A stretch of DNA of 64,000 bases from an uncultured Bacillota bacterium (GTDB lineage: Bacteria; Sysuimicrobiota; Sysuimicrobiia; Sysuimicrobiales; Segetimicrobiaceae). Position numbers and translations under genes: made by a program. Below, one piece after another: positions 32,214-41,564 of this stretch. Location of the stretch: the NCBI GenBank assembly GCA_963804645.1, contig CAWDRG010000001.1, positions 64,001-128,000 of the forward strand. Direction: 5' to 3'. Every line of letters begins with the position of its first letter. Within the stretch, counting starts at the first letter, position 1. Under the pieces are notes generated by a model. That model saw nothing but the letters and a program-made list of their open reading frames with translations, ran no database searches and was not told where the DNA came from.

Positions 32214-32444
32214 TCCCAAACGGTCCGCGTCTACAAGATTACCCCGACGGCACGGCTCCGGCAACAGGCAACGTCGGCCTGGCGCCAACGGCACCGTGAT
32301 CGGCCTCGACGGCCGCAGACCGGTGCAGCGCCGCGATCGCCCATGGCGTCAAGGGTGACGGGCGCTGGAGATTGACCGTCTCTGCGCACCCCGCCGTGCG
32401 GACCCGTCGCGACACCCGCTCGGTTGTCATCTCGCGCTGCTGTC

Positions 32445-33738
32445 GGTAGTGTCAAGTGTTTTGTGTAAATTCCCGTGAGAGAGAGCGCCTCGCCTGCCGG
32501 ACATTCAGAGCCTGAACGATCGCATAGATAATCCGATCACAGCTGGCCACGTTCGTGAAGCACGTCATGGGGCGCGTGCGCCGGCGGACTTCGCGAAACA
32601 CCCGTTCAATCGCGTTCGTCGTGCGCACCCGGCGCCAGTCCGCCTCGTTGACGGCATAGAAGCTGAGCAGAGCGTCCTCCTCGCGCGTCAGACAGGCGAC
32701 CGCCGCGGGGGCGGTGGCCTGCCAGGCCTGGACCCACTGGCGCAGGAGGCGGCGCGCGGCGTGGGCGGTCGGCGCCTGATAGATTCGGCGCGCCATGCGC
32801 AGACACGCGTCCCGGTCCTTGACCCGCAGCCGATTGGCCACGTTGCGGAGGACATGGACCCAGCACGCTTGGCGCGGGACGTCCGAATAGACCAAATCGA
32901 GGGCGGCATGGAGGCCCCGCTGGCCGTCCGTCGTAATCAGCTGCAACTGCTTCCCGACTAACCCGCGGCAGGCCAGCGTCGTGAGAAAGGCTTCCCAGGT
33001 GGTTTGGGTCTCGTAGCGGGCCAGCCGGAAGTCGATCAGGTCCCGCTGCCCGGTCGGCCGAATGCCGTAGGCCACGAGAATCAAGCGGCGCTTGCTCCCC
33101 GCGAGCCCTTTCACCCGGAGGCTGACGGCGTCGAGGAACAGATACTGATAGTGATCGTCCAGCGTCCGGTGGTGGAAGGCCGCCGCGGCTTGATCCAAGG
33201 CCCGGGTGATCGTCGAGACGGTCGTGGGGCTCACGACATCGTCGAGGAGCTTGGCGAGGACGGGCCCGACCTGGCGGGTGGAGAGGCCGCCGAGGAAGAC
33301 CGCGCGGACGAGCGCGTTGACGTCACTGGTGCGGCGCTGATAGCGGCCGAGCACCGAGGGCTGGAACCCACTCTGGCGGGCCCGGGGAATATGGAGATCG
33401 GGGATGGTGCCCCACGTCGTCACCAAGCGGCGGCGGTAGACGCCATTCCGATACCCCTGCCGGTCCGGATTCCGAGTGTACCGGCCGGCATTCAGATGGT
33501 TGATCAACTCGTCATGCATCCGGTTCTCCAGCAAGAGCTTGACCGTGCGGAGCGTCTCTCGGGAGACATCCCCCCACAGGGTCGCTTCATCCTTGACCTC
33601 CTTCCAGAGATCGGCTACGGTGAGATCGGTCAGTGGTCGCACACTGGCCATGGGCGTATCCCTCCTTATGGTTGGTCAGGTCGGGGTACGCCCTCTCTTT
33701 TCGGGCTCCTGCTTTTACACACAATACCGTACACTACC
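32445..33738 (-). mobile_element. IS256-family insertion sequence (about 1294 bp)
   Basis: Imperfect terminal IRs GGTAGTGTcaagtgtTtTGTGTAAA / GGTAGTGTacggtatTgTGTGTAAA; flanks ctgctgtc (32437-32444) and atgctgtc (33739-33746). Confidence 0.9.
32452..33651 (-). CDS. IS256/Mutator-family DDE transposase
   Basis: GYRNG, GLSTR, YLFLDA, ITTDG, QACWVH, RTTNAIERVFREVRRR. Confidence 0.95.
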   Translation of the reverse strand: MASVRPLTDLTVADLWKEVKDEATLWGDVSRETLRTVKLLLENRMHDELINHLNAGRYTRNPDRQGYRNGVYRRRLVTTWGTIPDLHIPRARQSGFQPSVLGRYQRRTSDVNALVRAVFLGGLSTRQVGPVLAKLLDDVVSPTTVSTITRALDQAAAAFHHRTLDDHYQYLFLDAVSLRVKGLAGSKRRLILVAYGIRPTGQRDLIDFRLARYETQTTWEAFLTTLACRGLVGKQLQLITTDGQRGLHAALDLVYSDVPRQACWVHVLRNVANRLRVKDRDACLRMARRIYQAPTAHAARRLLRQWVQAWQATAPAAVACLTREEDALLSFYAVNEADWRRVRTTNAIERVFREVRRRTRPMTCFTNVASCDRIIYAIVQALNVRQARRSLSREFTQNT

Positions 33739-33843
33739 ATGCTGTCCGAACGGTCGCCGAGAGATGGTATATGGTATATGATAGAAGAGGCGCCACGACA
33801 GAGGGGCGCCCCGCACCCATGTCCTCACACCAGAGGTCGCGAC

Positions 33844-34524
33844 ATGGCCAGCGCTACGGCACCTGCGTTCGATCTCAGACCATTTCTCGCAAAGACCGGA
33901 CCCGGACGAACCGTGGTCACGTTCCGAAAGGGAGATACGCTGTTCTCGCAAGGAGAACCGGCCGCCACCGTGTTCTACCTGCTCAGCGGCAAGGTCAAGC
34001 TGATGGTGGTCTCCCAGCAGGGAAAGGAAGCCGTGATCGCGATGCTGGGGCCCGACGACTTCCTCGGCGAGGGCACCCTCGCGGGCCAGCCCCTTCGTAT
34101 GGCGACGGCCACCGCGATGAGCGATGGCTCCGTGTTGAAAATCGAGAAGAAGACGATCGTCCGCCTGTTACATGAGCAGCCCAAATTCTCAGAACTGTTT
34201 ATGGCGTATCTGCTGGCCCGCAATGTTCGGATTGAGGAGGACTTGGTCGACCAGCTCTTCAATTCGAGTGAAAAGCGCTTGGCGCGGATTCTCCTGCTGC
34301 TCTCGCGCGTCGCCACCGTTGACAGCACGACGATGCCCGTACCCAAGATCAGTCAAGAAACGCTGGCGGAGATGATCGGCACCACTCGAGAACGCGTGAA
34401 TTTCTTCATGAACAAGTTCAGAAAACTCGGGTTCATCAAGTATAACGGTGGGCTGAGCGTCCACAGTTCGCTCGTCAATGTCGTGCTCTACGACAAGTTC
34501 CCCAAACCTCGTTTACGCGAGTAG
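33844..34524 (+). CDS. Crp/Fnr family transcriptional regulator
   Basis: LFSQGEPA, GKEAVIAMLGPDDFLGE, SQETLAEMIGTTRERV HTH. Confidence 0.93.
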   Translation: MASATAPAFDLRPFLAKTGPGRTVVTFRKGDTLFSQGEPAATVFYLLSGKVKLMVVSQQGKEAVIAMLGPDDFLGEGTLAGQPLRMATATAMSDGSVLKIEKKTIVRLLHEQPKFSELFMAYLLARNVRIEEDLVDQLFNSSEKRLARILLLLSRVATVDSTTMPVPKISQETLAEMIGTTRERVNFFMNKFRKLGFIKYNGGLSVHSSLVNVVLYDKFPKPRLRE

Positions 34525-34663
34525 GGCGCGGCACTACGACGGACCGTCATCGGCGCGGTGCCGCTGGCGGCCTGTATCATTTCGCACAGTCCTCGTGCCC
34601 GGGCTGTGCTACGCTTTTGTGAAGGATCGTTCGTACAAGTCTCGCGACGAGGAGGACAACCCA

Positions 34664-34900
34664 ATGAGATTCTTGCGGAAGACGACGGTCGTGATGCTCG
34701 GTGCCCTGATGATCTCGGCAGCCTGCATGGGGGCGGCGTCGGCCCAGCAGTATGCAAACGTCACGAACCTGACTCCGTTTACGGCACAGGCGGACTTCAT
34801 GTCGCTGGCCGGTTATCTGCGGTACGTCTCGTACGAGCAGACCAATCTCTGGATCACTCACACCGAAGCCCTACGGATCGTCCAACAGGAAGGCAAGTAA
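34664..34900 (+). CDS. Small secreted hypothetical protein (78 aa)
   Basis: GGAGGA RBS; Sec-type signal ending ASA|Q; mature part ...PFTAQADFMSLAGYLRY... Confidence 0.7.
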   Translation: MRFLRKTTVVMLGALMISAACMGAASAQQYANVTNLTPFTAQADFMSLAGYLRYVSYEQTNLWITHTEALRIVQQEGK

Positions 34901-34913
34901 CCGCAGGATGGCA

Positions 34914-34951
34914 CAGACTAGGCTTCGCGGCATGACGCGGAGCCTAGTCTG
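34914..34951. terminator. Hairpin after the small secreted protein gene
   Basis: cagactaggcttcgcg-gcatga-cgcggagcctagtctg, about 16-bp stem. Confidence 0.6.
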
Positions 34952-35267
34952 CGGACCCACTCCCCCCCTACGCCACCCGGTCGAGCCTTCGCGCGATTGC
35001 GCCGTCAGACCATCCGGTGGCGCACGGGTAGCTTCCCAAGCGCTCCGCTCGCGATTCAGCCGTGTTCCGCGCCGCCTCCGGGGACAACCCGCCGGAACGA
35101 CCCATCCCCGCCGCGCCTCATGCGCAGCCGGAAACGTCCGTGTGGGCCCGGAATGACGAGACCGGGGCGGCGTGCCGGACGCCGCCCCGATGCTTACGGT
35201 CACCGACCAATGCGCACAAGAGGTCTCGAAGTTAGCTTCGCGGTGCGAACTGATCGCTGCCGGAGTA

Positions 35268-35537
35268 CTAGATCACTCCGCCGTACCGCCTCCCGCCGAT
35301 CTGTCGTGCCAACCAGAGCACGACCACGGCGCCGACAAACGCCACGATGATGGACCCGAGATTCACGCCCGTGACGCCGGCGTGTCCAAAGTAGCCGAAG
35401 AACCAGCCGCCCACAATCGCGCCGACAATACCAATCAGCATATCGCCAAGCAACCCCGCGGGACCCGCACCCGGAATCATCATTTTCGCCAGCCAGCCCG
35501 CGACCACTCCAACCACAATCCATGACAGGATAGTCAT
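35268..35537 (-). CDS. GlsB/YeaQ/YmgE (transglycosylase-associated) membrane protein
   Basis: ILSWIVVGVVAGWLAK...IGIVGAIVGG...IVAFVGAVVVL. Confidence 0.9.
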   Translation of the reverse strand: MTILSWIVVGVVAGWLAKMMIPGAGPAGLLGDMLIGIVGAIVGGWFFGYFGHAGVTGVNLGSIIVAFVGAVVVLWLARQIGGRRYGGVI

Positions 35538-36263
35538 CGCCCGATCTCCTCTCTGCGCTCGGTGCGCGCGTGCCACCGATGCGTTGACACGTCGATCGTG
35601 GAATCGCTCGCGTCGTCCCGCGCGTCCACCAGTGCACACGCCGAGTCCGCGCGCGCATCACTCACACGTCCCGTTGCGTCCGCGTTCAATTCGGTGCTGA
35701 CTGAGCGTATCAGGACGCGGGCGTCGGGACTGTGCCATTCGTCACACCGTCACCGACGTACGGATGCCGTGGTGCCGTGCGCGTGCGGGTCACCGAGGGC
35801 GTGCGGCCGATGCCGATGATCGCGCATCACGTGAGCGCGGAGATATGCCGAGCATCGCGGCACGTGCGACAACACTCCACGATGGGGACGAGCGAGATGT
35901 ACCAAATTGCACTGTATCGTCGCGGTGTCCATGACATAATGCAAGTGTGCGGAAGCGATGTTCTGCGGAACAACGGGATGCAGCAACCCTCGCCAGCGTG
36001 AAGCGAGAAATGGCGGAACCTCGTATGTCCCTCTCTGCCCGAATGGAGCCGGCCGCCGAGCGGGCGGCCACCCTCGGTAGTCTGGGGCGTCTCGGCACAC
36101 CACTTCTCGACCCTGCGTCCGCTCGAGTGGGCCGCCCCCGTCTTCGTGCCGACCGTGCGCGGCGGAAGAGTACTCGAGTCGCGAGGCATCGGTAAGCGTC
36201 ACTCCGCGGGTCGATCAAACCTGCGCCGCGGCCGAAGCGCCGACTGAACCCGACGGGCGACCG

Positions 36264-37040
36264 CTACAGAGGCTCACGCAAACGACCGATCACCAACGGG
36301 GCCTTCAGCTTCGCGTCCAGATGGTACTCGAGATGCGTCTGGACAAGGCGCGACACGTCACGCCGCGACGTCAACGGGAGGCGCAGACGCGCGGCCTGCC
36401 CGGTCGCGGTCCGCAGGAGGAACCCGCAGGTCGCGAGCACACCGGGCGTGACGCGAGACGCGGCCGCATCACCGGCCGCGCACTCTGGGCACAGGGCACC
36501 GCCGAGCGCCGGATTGAAGCCCCACGCGCGGACCGGTCCAGCAGCATCTTGGGGCAGCGCGCGCCCGCACGCAACGCACGCCTCCACCTCGGGCCGGTAG
36601 CCAAGATCCGAGGCCAGCCGCAGCGCGAACCACAGCGTCTGGACTTCCACCTCATCCTCTCCAGAGTGTTCCAGCGCGCCAAGGACGTCGAGGATCAGCG
36701 CGAAGACGTCGTCCTGCCGGTCGCGTTCAGGCAGAAACCGGTCCACGAGCTCGGCGACGTAGGACGCGTACGCCGACCGGAGGAGCTCGCTGCGCAGCCC
36801 GGAGAACGACCGGATCACTTCGACCTGGGCGATCACATCGAGCGAGCGCCCCCGCGCGAGCAGAAACCGCGCGTAGGTAAACGGCTCGACCCGGCCGCCG
36901 AGCCGGCTCGCGGTCCGGCGCGTTCCGCGGGCGACCGCCCGGAGTTTTCCGTACTCGCGGGTGAACAGCGTGATCGTCCGGTCCGCCTCGCCGATCGCGT
37001 AGCGGCGCAACACGATTCCCTCGGCCTTATAGACCGGCAC
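36264..37040 (-). CDS. recO: DNA repair protein RecO
   Basis: GIVLRR..GEADRTITLFTREYGKLRAVARG; CxxC...CxxC zinc site. Confidence 0.93.
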   Translation of the reverse strand: MPVYKAEGIVLRRYAIGEADRTITLFTREYGKLRAVARGTRRTASRLGGRVEPFTYARFLLARGRSLDVIAQVEVIRSFSGLRSELLRSAYASYVAELVDRFLPERDRQDDVFALILDVLGALEHSGEDEVEVQTLWFALRLASDLGYRPEVEACVACGRALPQDAAGPVRAWGFNPALGGALCPECAAGDAAASRVTPGVLATCGFLLRTATGQAARLRLPLTSRRDVSRLVQTHLEYHLDAKLKAPLVIGRLREPL

Positions 37041-37485
37041 GCCGAGCCTTCCGGGCGCGCTCGCGACGCGCGCGCGTCATGAACGGGCGCGGGAGGAGCT
37101 CCCGCAGGGCCACGGACTCCGGAGCCGCGCCCGACGCGGCCAAGATCACCGTCTCCACCCCGAACTCGTCCATCACCTGCCGGCACGCCCCGCACGGGGT
37201 GATGCCGGATGGTCCGGCGACCGCCAGCGCCCGGAGCCGGCGGCGGCCGGCGGCCACCGCCGCGTGGACCGCGACGCGCTCGGCGCACACGGTCAAGCCG
37301 TACGACGCGTTCTCCACGTTGCACCCGGCATAGATCGTCCCGTCCGTGGCCAGCACCGCCGCCCCGACGGCAAACCGGGAGTACGGAGCGTACGCGCGCC
37401 GCCGGGCGGCGCGCGCCGCGCGCACGAGGCGCGCCCGGGCGAGCTCTGTGACACCGGTCGAGACGCCGTTCATGCTCCTCACCAT
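37027..37485 (-). CDS. cdd: Cytidine deaminase
   Basis: AYAPYSRFAVGAA, NVENASYGLTVCAER, PCGACRQ. Confidence 0.95.
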   Translation of the reverse strand: MVRSMNGVSTGVTELARARLVRAARAARRRAYAPYSRFAVGAAVLATDGTIYAGCNVENASYGLTVCAERVAVHAAVAAGRRRLRALAVAGPSGITPCGACRQVMDEFGVETVILAASGAAPESVALRELLPRPFMTRARRERARKARRAGL

Positions 37486-37520
37486 CCCCCTCTCCCGCGA
37501 CCCTCGTCGACGCGCCCGCA

Positions 37521-38102
37521 CTAGGACGAACCGGCGCCGCGTGCCTCGACCAAGCGGTGGACATCCGCCACCTGCGCTTGGATCTGCTGAAGCGTCTCGT
37601 GAAGATGGCGCATCCGCTCCTCCGCGGTCGTGCTCGGCACCACGCTGATCACGCCACCCGTTTCCAGCACCGCTTCCGCCACCTGCCCCACCGTGGCCAG
37701 CCCCTGCTTGCGAACCGCCTCCATCAGCTGCCCCTCGCTGATCGCTTCTTTGGCGAGGTTCCGTCGGAGCACCTTGCCGTCCTTGATCAGCAGGGTCGGC
37801 CCGCCCTCTACCAACCGGTCAAGCCGGGGACGGACGTACAGCAAGCGTACCACGACGTAGTTCACGAGCAGGAGGGCGCTGACGCCGATGAGGCCGCCGA
37901 CCAGCGAGTTATCGTTCCCGATCGTCGCGTTTTGGACGGTATTCGCCAGCATCATGAGCACGACAAGATCGAACGAGTTGAGCTGGGCGAGCTCCCGCCG
38001 GCCCGCCAGACGCAGGACCAAGACCAGGAAGAGGTACACCAGGATCGGCCGAATAATCTTCTCGGCCACCGAAAGTTCCGGAACGAACATGTTATGCCAC
38101 AC
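37521..38102 (-). CDS. DUF421/YetF-domain membrane protein
   Basis: RLAGRRELAQLNSFDLV, EGGPTLLIKDG, AVLETGGVISV. Confidence 0.85.
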   Translation of the reverse strand: MWHNMFVPELSVAEKIIRPILVYLFLVLVLRLAGRRELAQLNSFDLVVLMMLANTVQNATIGNDNSLVGGLIGVSALLLVNYVVVRLLYVRPRLDRLVEGGPTLLIKDGKVLRRNLAKEAISEGQLMEAVRKQGLATVGQVAEAVLETGGVISVVPSTTAEERMRHLHETLQQIQAQVADVHRLVEARGAGSS

Positions 38103-38302
38103 GTGACGCCCCCTCCCTAATGAGGACTGACTCGGGAGCGCGAGCGTGCGGCTCCCCCGACGTGCTTTCCCCGAACGCGTTCCCCCCGCACGATAAACGC
38201 CCGGCTTCCGGCGTCCGTACCCGCCGCGGGAACCTCTCACGACGGGCGCGAACGCCTTCGAGAGACGCCCGAGACCCCGCGGGCAGTCTGGAGGCATCCA
38301 CG

Positions 38303-39394
38303 ATGAGCATAGACGCCGGTCCACGAACCGGCCACCCGTATTTCATGCACGATGCGATCCTCGGACAGCCCGAGGCGTTCGCGCGCGTCATCGACCGCGT
38401 CGAGGCCTCCGCGGATGCGATCACGGAGCGGCTGGCCGGGGCCGCGCGGGTGTTCCTCGTCGGAATCGGAACGTCCTATCACGCCGCGCAGATCGGCGAG
38501 TATCTCATGCGGGCCTATGCGGGAGGCGTTCCGGTTCAAGCGATCCATGCGTTCGAGTTCGCGCTGTACGGGCCGCCGATCGGCCCACGGGACGCGGTCG
38601 TCGGCGTGAGCCACCGGGGCACCAAACGCTACACCGGCGCCGCGCTCGCGCGCGCCCGCGAGGCGGGATGCGCCACCGCGCTGATCACCGGCGAGGCCGG
38701 CACCGCGGCCGTCCCCGAGGTGGACCAGCTCCTGCGCACCGTACCGCAGGAGCGGTCGTCCGCGCACACGATCAGCTACACGGGCTCCGTGGCGGCGCTT
38801 GCGGCGCTCGCGGACCGGGTCGGCGGACGCCGCCAGGGCCGCCGACCGCTCGGGCCCGCATACCTTCGAACTGACATCCCCACCGCCTTGCGCGCGGCGC
38901 TCGCCACGGAGCCCGGCGTCGAGGCACTCGCGCGGACGCTCGCCGGGCGCCGACGCGTCTGGTTGGTCGGCGGAGGGCCGGGCGCGGTCGTCGCCAGCGA
39001 GATCGCGCTCAAGATCAAGGAGACCTCGTACCTGCAGGCCGAGGGGCTGAGCGTCGAAGCGATGTTGCACGGACCGTTCCAGTGTGTCGATCCCGAGGAC
39101 CTCTTCGTCTTGATCGCCCAAGAGGGCCCGTCCGCGGGGCGCGTCGCCGAACTCGCGGCCCAGGTGCGGACGATCGGCGCGGGGCTGCTCGTCGTCGGCG
39201 ACGACACCGCGCGGCGGATCGACGATGCCGCGTGCCTCGTCCCTCACGTGCCCGAACCGTTCGCCGGGCTCACGTGTGCGGTGCCACTGCAGCTGTTTGC
39301 GTATCATCTGGCGCTCGTGCGCGGCACGAACCCCGACGGCTTTCGGCTCGACGACCCGCGCTTCGCGCGCGCGTACAAACAGGCCACCCTGTAG
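38303..39394 (+). CDS. Double-SIS domain sugar-phosphate isomerase/deglycase (GlmS C-terminal-like)
   Basis: GIGTSYHA, VSHRG, EIALKIKE, HGP, PLQLFAY..A..RG.NPD; no glutaminase domain. Confidence 0.87.
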   Translation: MSIDAGPRTGHPYFMHDAILGQPEAFARVIDRVEASADAITERLAGAARVFLVGIGTSYHAAQIGEYLMRAYAGGVPVQAIHAFEFALYGPPIGPRDAVVGVSHRGTKRYTGAALARAREAGCATALITGEAGTAAVPEVDQLLRTVPQERSSAHTISYTGSVAALAALADRVGGRRQGRRPLGPAYLRTDIPTALRAALATEPGVEALARTLAGRRRVWLVGGGPGAVVASEIALKIKETSYLQAEGLSVEAMLHGPFQCVDPEDLFVLIAQEGPSAGRVAELAAQVRTIGAGLLVVGDDTARRIDDAACLVPHVPEPFAGLTCAVPLQLFAYHLALVRGTNPDGFRLDDPRFARAYKQATL

Positions 39395-39440
39395 CGCCCG
39401 CGTGCCGCACCCCCGCGCCGACCCGCCGCGTGGACAGCCC

Positions 39441-40682
39441 GTGCGCCGGACGCACGGACAGGGCGCCGGCCCAACGCGTACGCGCGGTTCCCGCGCGGCC
39501 CGGGCACCCGTCGGCGCGCCGTCGGATCGAGCGGACGACCGGCACACGCGCGAGCTGCGCATTCTGAACGCGATCGCCGAAGCCCTCAACAGCGCTCCCG
39601 ACGTCCAGCGCGCGCTCGAGCGCACACTCGCGATGGTGGCGGAGCTTCTCGGACTGCGCACGGGGTGGGTCTGGCTCCGAGACCCCGACTCCGGACGCTT
39701 CTACAACGCGGCGGCGCAGGATCTGCCGCCGTACCTGCAGGCGCCCGTGCGGATGACGGGACGCTCGTGCTGGTGCCTCGACGAGTTCCAGGCGGGCGAA
39801 CTCGCCCCGCAAAACATCGATGTGATGGAGTGCAGCCGTCTGCGGCCAGCGGTGAAGCGCCAGGCCATCGAACTGACCCAAGGCCTCGCGTACCACGCGA
39901 GCATTCCGCTGTATTTCCGCGACACCCCGCTCGGCGTCATGAACGTGACGGGACCGTCGTGGCGGCAGCTGACCGCGGACGAGCTGCGGCTGCTCTCGAC
40001 GATCGCCTACCAGGTGGGCATCGCGATCGAGCGCGCGCGCCTCGCCGAGGAAACGGCCCGCCTGGCGCGGGCCGAGGAGCGCGCGCGCCTCGCCCGGGAA
40101 ATTCACGACACGCTTGCGCAGGCGCTCACCGCGATTGCGCTCCACCTGGAAGCGGCTGTCGGCCAGCTCGAACGCGATCCGGCGCGCAGCCGCCAGCGGA
40201 TCCTGCGGGCGCTGGACGTCACCCGCGCCAGCCTGGAGGAGGCCCGGGGCTCCGTGCTGAATCTGCGCGCCTCCCCGCTTGCCGGACGGCCGCTGCCGGA
40301 AGCACTCGCCGCGCTGGCCCGGACGGTGACCGCGGAAAGCGGGATCCGCGTGCGGGTCGACGCGTCCGGCGTCCCGCGGCTCCCCGCGCGAACCGAGTCC
40401 GAGCTGTTCCGCATCGCGCAGGAGGCCCTCACCAATGTGCGCCGGCACGCGGAGGCGACCGAGGCGACGATCACGCTCGGGGCGAGCGCGTGCCGCGTCC
40501 GCCTGATCGTCCGCGACAACGGCCGCGGCTTCGCACCCGGCCGCATCGGGGAAGGCCATCTTGGGCTCGTGGGGATGCGCGAGCGGGCCCAGCTCCTGCG
40601 AGGCACGCTGCGGGTACGCAGCACCCCGGGCCGCGGGACAGTCATCACCGCGTCGTGCCCGCACGCCGACGCGTCCCGATGA
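39441..40682 (+). CDS. Soluble GAF-domain sensor histidine kinase (HisKA_3 type; start uncertain)
   Basis: GAF region, EERARLAREIHDTLAQ, QEALTNVRRH, DNGRGF, GLVGMRERA. Confidence 0.9.
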   Translation: MRRTHGQGAGPTRTRGSRAARAPVGAPSDRADDRHTRELRILNAIAEALNSAPDVQRALERTLAMVAELLGLRTGWVWLRDPDSGRFYNAAAQDLPPYLQAPVRMTGRSCWCLDEFQAGELAPQNIDVMECSRLRPAVKRQAIELTQGLAYHASIPLYFRDTPLGVMNVTGPSWRQLTADELRLLSTIAYQVGIAIERARLAEETARLARAEERARLAREIHDTLAQALTAIALHLEAAVGQLERDPARSRQRILRALDVTRASLEEARGSVLNLRASPLAGRPLPEALAALARTVTAESGIRVRVDASGVPRLPARTESELFRIAQEALTNVRRHAEATEATITLGASACRVRLIVRDNGRGFAPGRIGEGHLGLVGMRERAQLLRGTLRVRSTPGRGTVITASCPHADASR

Positions 40683-41299
40683 TCCGCATTCTCGTCGTCG
40701 ACGATCATCCCGTGGTCCGCGAAGGCCTCGTCGCGATCCTCGAGGACGAGCGGGACTTTCAGGTCATGGCGGCCGTGGGGTCCGCCGAAGCGGCGGTCGA
40801 AGCGGCCGGGCGCGGCCGGCCCGACATCATCCTCCTCGACCTCGAACTCCCGCACGTCGACGGCGTCGACGCGATCCCCCGCCTCGCCGCGGTCTCCCCA
40901 GGCGCGCGCGTCGTCGTGCTCACCGCGTACGACACGGAAGAGCGCGTCCTCGGCGCGCTCCGCGCCGGGGCCTGCGGCTACCTCTTGAAGGGCGCCACCG
41001 CTGAGGAGATCGGACGGGCGATTCGGGCGGTCCACGCCGGGGGGTCATACCTGAGCGCGCGGATCGCCGCGACGGTGCTGACGCAGGTGCGCGATCCGGC
41101 GCGCACCACGGTGCTCACCCGGCGAGAACGGATGGTGCTGCGCCTCGTCGCCGACGGGTTGTCGAGCAAAGCGATCGCCCGGCGGCTCGAGATCACGGAG
41201 CGGACGGTGAAGTTCCACGTCGGCTCGATCCTAAACAAGCTCGGCGCTGGCACCCGCGCGCAGGCCGTCGCGGAGGCCGCGCGGCGCGGACTGCTCTAG
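40679..41299 (+). CDS. NarL/LuxR-family response regulator
   Basis: ILVVDDHPVVREGL, LLDL, GYLLK, LTRRE..VL...TVKFHV; ATGA overlap with the kinase. Confidence 0.95.
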   Translation: MIRILVVDDHPVVREGLVAILEDERDFQVMAAVGSAEAAVEAAGRGRPDIILLDLELPHVDGVDAIPRLAAVSPGARVVVLTAYDTEERVLGALRAGACGYLLKGATAEEIGRAIRAVHAGGSYLSARIAATVLTQVRDPARTTVLTRRERMVLRLVADGLSSKAIARRLEITERTVKFHVGSILNKLGAGTRAQAVAEAARRGLL

Positions 41300-41564
41300 C
41301 ACCGACTCGGGCCCCCGCTACCTCCCGCGATCCCGCGTCAGCGCCTCCGGGAACCTGTGGTACAACATACGTTCGTGTAGGCCGATCCGTCTGGGCCTCA
41401 CCCATACGGGGCACACCACAAGCGGGCGTGGTTGCGTTCGGCACTGACGCACCCGCCGGAGTCTGGCGATCAAGATGCAGCCACACACTGCGGTCCGGCG
41501 TCGCGTCGGGCCGACGCTGGACCTGACCCGCCGATCATGACGCGGTCCCCCCGGTGATCGCCCC

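Noticed and set aside
31855..32444. T-box leader upstream of glyQS
   Set aside because: No T-box consensus (GGTGGnACCGCG plus terminator) found; the space is mostly a small ORF and the IS flank
33004..33843. 506-aa ORF suggesting an N-terminally extended Crp protein
   Set aside because: The extension is antisense to the IS256 transposase; the Crp domain starts at ATG 33844 after an RBS-like AGAGG
41363..41375. LexA (Gram-positive SOS) box-like CAACATACGTTCG
   Set aside because: The left half deviates from CGAAC and the downstream gene is not an SOS-type gene; likely chance
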